DNA of 64,000 nucleotides, taken from an uncultured Chloroflexia bacterium. GTDB taxonomy: Bacteria > Chloroflexota > Limnocylindria > Limnocylindrales > CSP1-4. Positions 59,376-64,000 of the stretch are shown here, in pieces. Position numbers and translations under genes: made by a program. The stretch spans positions 1-64,000 of the forward strand of contig CAVVJT010000008.1 of assembly GCA_963748625.1 (NCBI GenBank), given 5' to 3'. A model generated the notes under the pieces. The model was given only the letters and a program-made list of their open reading frames with translations, searched no databases and was not told the origin of the DNA. Numbering within the stretch: position 1 is the stretch's first letter; every line of letters begins with the position of its first letter.

Positions 59376-59870
59376 TCAGGCGTCGGGCCGGCTCGCCGTC
59401 ATCGACACGATGTGCTCGTCGTCGTGATCGGCCGCCACCCTGAGCAGCGCAGCCACGTCGAGGCGGCCGTACCGCACGTGCATCCCGGTCCGAGCCCAGC
59501 CAGCCTCGTCGTAGGTGCTGGTCCGGGCAAGGGTGGCGGCGCGCTCGAGCGCGAACAGGGCAAGCGCCCCTTCGAGCGTCGCGGCAGACGGATCGTCCGT
59601 CGGCCCGGGCTCAGTCCAGCCCCAGTCGGGTTCCACGCCGGGCGCTGATCCAGCCAGCTGGTCGAGCCGCGCCCGCCAGATGCCACGCTCGACTGCGACC
59701 AGGTGGGCGACGTTCTCCCGCGCCGTCCACTCGCGGGCGGGCGGCCCGCCGGCGAGGGCATCGTCGTCAGCCACGACGTGCGCCACCCGCGCCAGCCGGG
59801 CCGGGAACTCGGTGAGGCGGGCCAGCACCGCATCCCGTTCCGACGCCGTCATCGGCCTGGACAGCGTCAT
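59376..59870 (-). CDS. DinB family protein
   Basis: WTARENVAHL...HDDEH. Confidence 0.8.
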   Translation of the reverse strand: MTLSRPMTASERDAVLARLTEFPARLARVAHVVADDDALAGGPPAREWTARENVAHLVAVERGIWRARLDQLAGSAPGVEPDWGWTEPGPTDDPSAATLEGALALFALERAATLARTSTYDEAGWARTGMHVRYGRLDVAALLRVAADHDDEHIVSMTASRPDA

Positions 59871-59874
59871 CGGT

Positions 59875-61413
59875 CTAGACGTCCGAGTCCGGGAACGACG
59901 CCTTGCGCCTGGCGATGAACTCGGCGAGCGCCTCCGAGACGCCCTCGTCGAGCGCGGGCTGCTCGTACTCGGCCAGCATCTTCTTCCAGATCTTGTTGGC
60001 TCGCGCGGGCGCGTCCAGGGAACCCTCGTCGGCCCACTGCTCGAACGAGTTGTTGTCCGCGATGTCCGAGCGGTAGAACGCGGTCTCGAAGTTGGCCAGC
60101 GTGTGTGCGGTCCCCAGGAAGTGGTTGCCCGGCCCGTTGGTGAGCAGGGTGTCCATCGCCTGGCCGTTCTCGGACATGTCCACGCCGTTGACGAAGACGC
60201 CCATCATCCCGCACTGGTCCGCGTCGAGGATGAACTTCTCGTAGCCCATCGCCAGGCCGCCCTCGAGCCAGCCCGCCGCATGGAGCACGAAGTTGACGCC
60301 GCCGAGCACCGTCGGCTGGAGCGTGGCAGCAGACTCGTAGGCCGCCTGGGCATCGGGGACCTTGGAGGCGCAGAGGGAGCCGCCGGAACGGAAGGGGACG
60401 CCGAGGCGTCGGGCGAGGGCGGCCATCGTGTAGAGGACCAGCGCAGGCTCGGGCGTGCCGAACGTGGGCGCACCCGACTGCATGGAGATGGACGATGCGA
60501 ACGACCCGAAGACGACCGGGGCGCCCGGCCGGACGAGCTGGACGTACGCCATGCCGCCGAGCGCCTCGGCGAGGGTCTGCGTCACGGTCGCCGCCGCGGT
60601 GACCGGGGCCATGGCGCCCGCCAGGATGAAGGGCGTGATCAGGACCGCCTGGTTCGCCTTGGCGTAGGTGCGCGCGGCGCCGAGCATGATCGAGTCCCAG
60701 ACCATCGGCGAGTTCGCGTTGCACAGTGACAGGGTGACCGGATGGTCCTCGAGGTAGTCCGCGCCGAACACGATGCGCGCCATTTCGACGGTGTCCTGCG
60801 CCCGGTCGGGATGCGTGACCGAGCCCATGAACGGCTTGTCGGAGTAGCGCAGATGGGCCTCGACCATGTCGAAGTGGCGCTTGTTGACCGGCAGGTCGGT
60901 CGGCTCGCAGACGGTGCCGCCCGAATGGTGCATGTGCGGGCTGCTGTAGGCGAGCTTCACGAAGTTGCGGAAGTCCTCGATGGTGCCGTACCGGCGGCCA
61001 CCATCGAGATCGCGCACGAATGGCGAGCCGTACGCCGGCGCGAAGACCGTGGCGTCGCCGCCGATCTGCACATTCCGGGCAGGGTTGCGCGCGTACTGGG
61101 TGAACTGGCGCGGGGCGCTCGCCTGGATGATCTGGCGGCACATGCCCCGGGGGAAGCGGACCCGCTCGCCCTCGACATCGGCTCCGGCCGCACGCCAGGT
61201 GGCCAGGGCCTCATCGTCGCGGAACTCGAGGCCGACCTGCTCGAGCAGGATGTCCGCGTTCTCCTCGATCTGGGCGAGTCCCTCCTCGGACATGACCTCG
61301 AACGGCGCCAGCTTCCGGACGAGGAAGGGGACGCCCAGCGTGTGCGCGTGGGCGCGGGCCGCCTGGCGGGCGGCGCGTCCGCCGGACCGGCGATGGGTGG
61401 GCTCTGCGGTCAT
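59875..61413 (-). CDS. non-pyrrolysine MttB-family (MtgB-like) methyltransferase
   Basis: NANSP, GAMAPVT, GTPE, SKVPDAQAAYE, HAAGWLEGG; no internal TAG. Confidence 0.9.
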   Translation of the reverse strand: MTAEPTHRRSGGRAARQAARAHAHTLGVPFLVRKLAPFEVMSEEGLAQIEENADILLEQVGLEFRDDEALATWRAAGADVEGERVRFPRGMCRQIIQASAPRQFTQYARNPARNVQIGGDATVFAPAYGSPFVRDLDGGRRYGTIEDFRNFVKLAYSSPHMHHSGGTVCEPTDLPVNKRHFDMVEAHLRYSDKPFMGSVTHPDRAQDTVEMARIVFGADYLEDHPVTLSLCNANSPMVWDSIMLGAARTYAKANQAVLITPFILAGAMAPVTAAATVTQTLAEALGGMAYVQLVRPGAPVVFGSFASSISMQSGAPTFGTPEPALVLYTMAALARRLGVPFRSGGSLCASKVPDAQAAYESAATLQPTVLGGVNFVLHAAGWLEGGLAMGYEKFILDADQCGMMGVFVNGVDMSENGQAMDTLLTNGPGNHFLGTAHTLANFETAFYRSDIADNNSFEQWADEGSLDAPARANKIWKKMLAEYEQPALDEGVSEALAEFIARRKASFPDSDV

Positions 61414-63560
61414 CGGGACTCCTCCGGGACAGCGGTGGCTTCGGGCTGGCTGGCGTCACTCTGGCTGGCGTCACTCTGGCTGGCGTCACTCTGGGCGGAC
61501 AGAACTGCCGCGGACCCGGCGGGTGCAGCGGGTGCAGCGGACTGCGGGCGCCGGCGCCGGCCGCCCTCGCGCCCCGCTGCGACGGCGAAGCGGGGAGCGG
61601 GCAGGTCCACGGCGGCGGCGAGGTTGGTGGCCGGGGCGCTCTTGTGCGGGATCGCGAGCGCCTCCACGAAGTGCTCCTGGAAGCGGGGCTCCACGGCGGT
61701 CTCGATCTTCTCGACACGCCGGACGACGGCCTCCACCTCGGCGCGCGCGGCGCCCGAGAGGAGCGCGATCAGGGCGCCGGTGCCGGCCGCATTGCCGATC
61801 GACTTCACGTGCTCGAGGTCGCAGTCCGGGACCAGGCCCAGCACCATCGCGTGCTTCGTGTCGATATGGGAGCCGAAGGCGCCTGCCAGGTGGATCTCGT
61901 CCACGGCGTCCACGCCCAGGTGGTCCATGAGGAGCCGCGCGCCGGCGTACAGCGCGGCCTTGGCGAGCTGGATGGCCCGCACGTCGTCCTGGGTGACCAG
62001 GATCCGGGGCGAGCCGTCGTACAGCAGGTAGGAGAAGGTGCGTCCGGAGGCCTCGATGCGCGGCGAGCGCGCCGCCAGTCCGCCGTCGATCACCCCGTCC
62101 GAGGTGAGGATGCCGGCCAGGAAGAGCTCGGCGACCGCCTCGATGATCCCGGAGCCGCAGATGCCGGTGATCCCGGTGTCGGCGACGACCTTGCGGAAGC
62201 CCGGGTGGTCGGACCATCGGTCAGAGCCGATGACCTTGAACCGGGGCTCCAGGGTCACGGGGTCGATGCGCACCCGCTCGATGGCACCGGGCGCGGCGCG
62301 CTGGCCGCTGCTGATCTGGGCGCCCTCGAAGGCGGGGCCGGTGGGCGATGAGGCGGCCAGGAGCCGGTCGCGGTTGCCCAGCACGATCTCGGCGTTGGTG
62401 CCGACATCCACGATCAGCCGGATTGGCGCGGCGGTCTGCGGCTCGTCCGACAGGATCACGCCCGCGGTGTCGGCGCCCACGTGGCCCGCGATGCAGGGCA
62501 GGACGTAGACCCGGGCGCCGGGACGGAGGTGGAGGTCCAACGCCGCCGCCGTCGTCCTCACGGCAGCATCGGTGGCCAGGGCGAACGGCGCGCCGCCCAG
62601 GGGCACGGGGTCCAGCCCCAGCAGCAGGTGGTGCATGATCGGGTTGCCGACGAGCACGAGGTCGACGATGTCGTCCCGCTCCACGCCCGCCTGGGCGACC
62701 AGGCCCGTGAACAGGTCGTCGAGCGCCTCCCGGACGGCGCGCGTCATCTCGGCGGCACCGCCCTCGTTGAGCATCGCGTAGGACACGCGGCTCATGAGGT
62801 CCTCGCCGTACCGGATCTGGGGGTTCATGGCGCCGGCGGAGGCGAGCACCTCGCCCGTGACGAGGTTCGCGATGTGCCCCGCGATCGTCGTGGAGCCGAT
62901 GTCCACGGCGATCCCGAAGACCGCCTCACGCAGCCCCGGCCAGGCGGCAATGACGGCTCGCCCGTCGGGTCCGTCGTGGATCGCCACCGTCACCGCATAC
63001 GAGCCGGCACGGAGCGCGGCGGGCAGGTCGCGGACGACCGCGAGGTCAACGCGCAGGTCGTGCAGGCCCCACTCGCGCTCCAGGGCCGCCAGCAGGCGCT
63101 CCACCTCGCCCGAGGGGATGGCCATGTCCGGCGGCTCCACCTCGACGTAGCGCAGGACGACGACCGGGTCCACCTCGAACCGGCGGAGGTCGAGTGCCTT
63201 GCGGACCACCTGGCGGTGGACCTGGCTCTCGGCCGGGACGTCGATGACGAGGTCGCCCTCGACGGTGATCGCGCACGCGAGGCGGCGACCCTCGGCGAGG
63301 CCCTTGCGCTCGGCGTACTCGCGCTCCTTGGCCGCGGAGCCCGACAGGTTTCCGGGCGCAGACGTGATCCCGTGCTTGGGGAACTCGCCTGTCGCCTGGA
63401 CGACCTGGCAGCGCCCGCAGATGCCGCGCGTGCCACAGACCGAGTCGATGTCCACGCCCAGCGAGCGCGCTGCATCCAGCACGATGGTGCCCGTGGGGAA
63501 CCGGCCCCGCCGCCCCGATGGCGTGAAGACGACCAGCGCGTCTCCGCCCTGCTCAGTCAC
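61410..63560 (-). CDS. ASKHA-type reductive activator of corrinoid proteins with N-terminal 2Fe-2S domain
   Basis: CGTRGICGRC, DIGSTT, DVGTNAE, GPAFEG, GICGSG, LAGAFG. Confidence 0.9.
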   Translation of the reverse strand: MTEQGGDALVVFTPSGRRGRFPTGTIVLDAARSLGVDIDSVCGTRGICGRCQVVQATGEFPKHGITSAPGNLSGSAAKEREYAERKGLAEGRRLACAITVEGDLVIDVPAESQVHRQVVRKALDLRRFEVDPVVVLRYVEVEPPDMAIPSGEVERLLAALEREWGLHDLRVDLAVVRDLPAALRAGSYAVTVAIHDGPDGRAVIAAWPGLREAVFGIAVDIGSTTIAGHIANLVTGEVLASAGAMNPQIRYGEDLMSRVSYAMLNEGGAAEMTRAVREALDDLFTGLVAQAGVERDDIVDLVLVGNPIMHHLLLGLDPVPLGGAPFALATDAAVRTTAAALDLHLRPGARVYVLPCIAGHVGADTAGVILSDEPQTAAPIRLIVDVGTNAEIVLGNRDRLLAASSPTGPAFEGAQISSGQRAAPGAIERVRIDPVTLEPRFKVIGSDRWSDHPGFRKVVADTGITGICGSGIIEAVAELFLAGILTSDGVIDGGLAARSPRIEASGRTFSYLLYDGSPRILVTQDDVRAIQLAKAALYAGARLLMDHLGVDAVDEIHLAGAFGSHIDTKHAMVLGLVPDCDLEHVKSIGNAAGTGALIALLSGAARAEVEAVVRRVEKIETAVEPRFQEHFVEALAIPHKSAPATNLAAAVDLPAPRFAVAAGREGGRRRRPQSAAPAAPAGSAAVLSAQSDASQSDASQSDASQPEATAVPEESR

Positions 63561-63570
63561 AGGATCTGCC

Positions 63571-64000
63571 TCAGCCCGCCTGGCGGCGGCGGTTGACCCT
63601 GCGGCCGCCGTCCTCGCCATCCGGCGGGGCGACGCGGAACTGGCGGATCCAGCGGGCCGCGTCCTGGTCGTTGCCCAGCAGCACGTCCGAGGCCATGACG
63701 GCGTGCTTGACGCCCTCGGCGATCGGGTTGGTGATCGCGGAGGTGAGGCCGTTCGAGATCGCCATCGAGAGGAAGGCGGCGTTGACGCCCTCGCGGTTCG
63801 GCAGGCCGAAGCTCACGTTGGATGCGCCACAGGTCGTGTTGACGCCCAGCTCGTCGCGCAGGCGGGCAAGGAGGCGGAACACGCCCCGGCCGGCGGTGGA
63901 GACGGCGCCGATCGGCATGACGAGCGGATCGACCACGATGTCGTCCTTGGGGATGCCGTAGTCAGCGGCCCGCTCGACGATCCTCTTCGCGACGGCGTAG
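63571..64000 (-). CDS. pterin-binding methyltetrahydrofolate:corrinoid methyltransferase, 5' end outside window
   Basis: DIVVDPLVMPIG, GASNVSFGLP, SAITNP. Confidence 0.85.
   Translation of the reverse strand, partial: YAVAKRIVERAADYGIPKDDIVVDPLVMPIGAVSTAGRGVFRLLARLRDELGVNTTCGASNVSFGLPNREGVNAAFLSMAISNGLTSAITNPIAEGVKHAVMASDVLLGNDQDAARWIRQFRVAPPDGEDGGRRVNRRRQAG

Overview
High-GC bacterial DNA with three parts. (1) Positions 1 to about 4146 are a frameshift-rich segment (GT-C type glycosyltransferase, alpha/beta hydrolase, zincin with Acidimicrobiia-type repeat domains) that ends abruptly inside a gene. It is probably a different contig or organism. (2) Positions about 4150-28850 are a copper/envelope-stress genomic island anchored at tRNA-Arg(CCG) by a large serine recombinase. 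It carries two two-component systems, four cupredoxins, CopD, DoxX, CcdA-like, YHS/TRASH/HMA proteins, two atypical Lgt-like proteins and several decayed paralogs. The main observation is that about 18 island promoters share one architecture: 3-4 copies of CTCA(G/C/T) at an 11-bp period, then usually 10 nt, then an nAnnnT -10 box, often 5-7 nt before a leaderless ATG. This matches an MprA-type box, and the island encodes an MprA-like regulator, which suggests a mobile, self-contained regulon. (3) Positions 29-64 kb look like core chromosome, inferred to be Chloroflexota-like. They include a CSLREA surface protein, two cyclophilins, a HisA-like paralog, AI-2E/SPFH genes, tRNA-Asp, CapA, PIG-L, YbaK and a CoA transferase. 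A GntR-controlled cluster for methylated-glycine catabolism follows (DMG/sarcosine dehydrogenase, ETF, LIV-type ABC transporter), converging on a corrinoid methyltransferase operon. All product calls come from motif recognition by eye, not from database searches.
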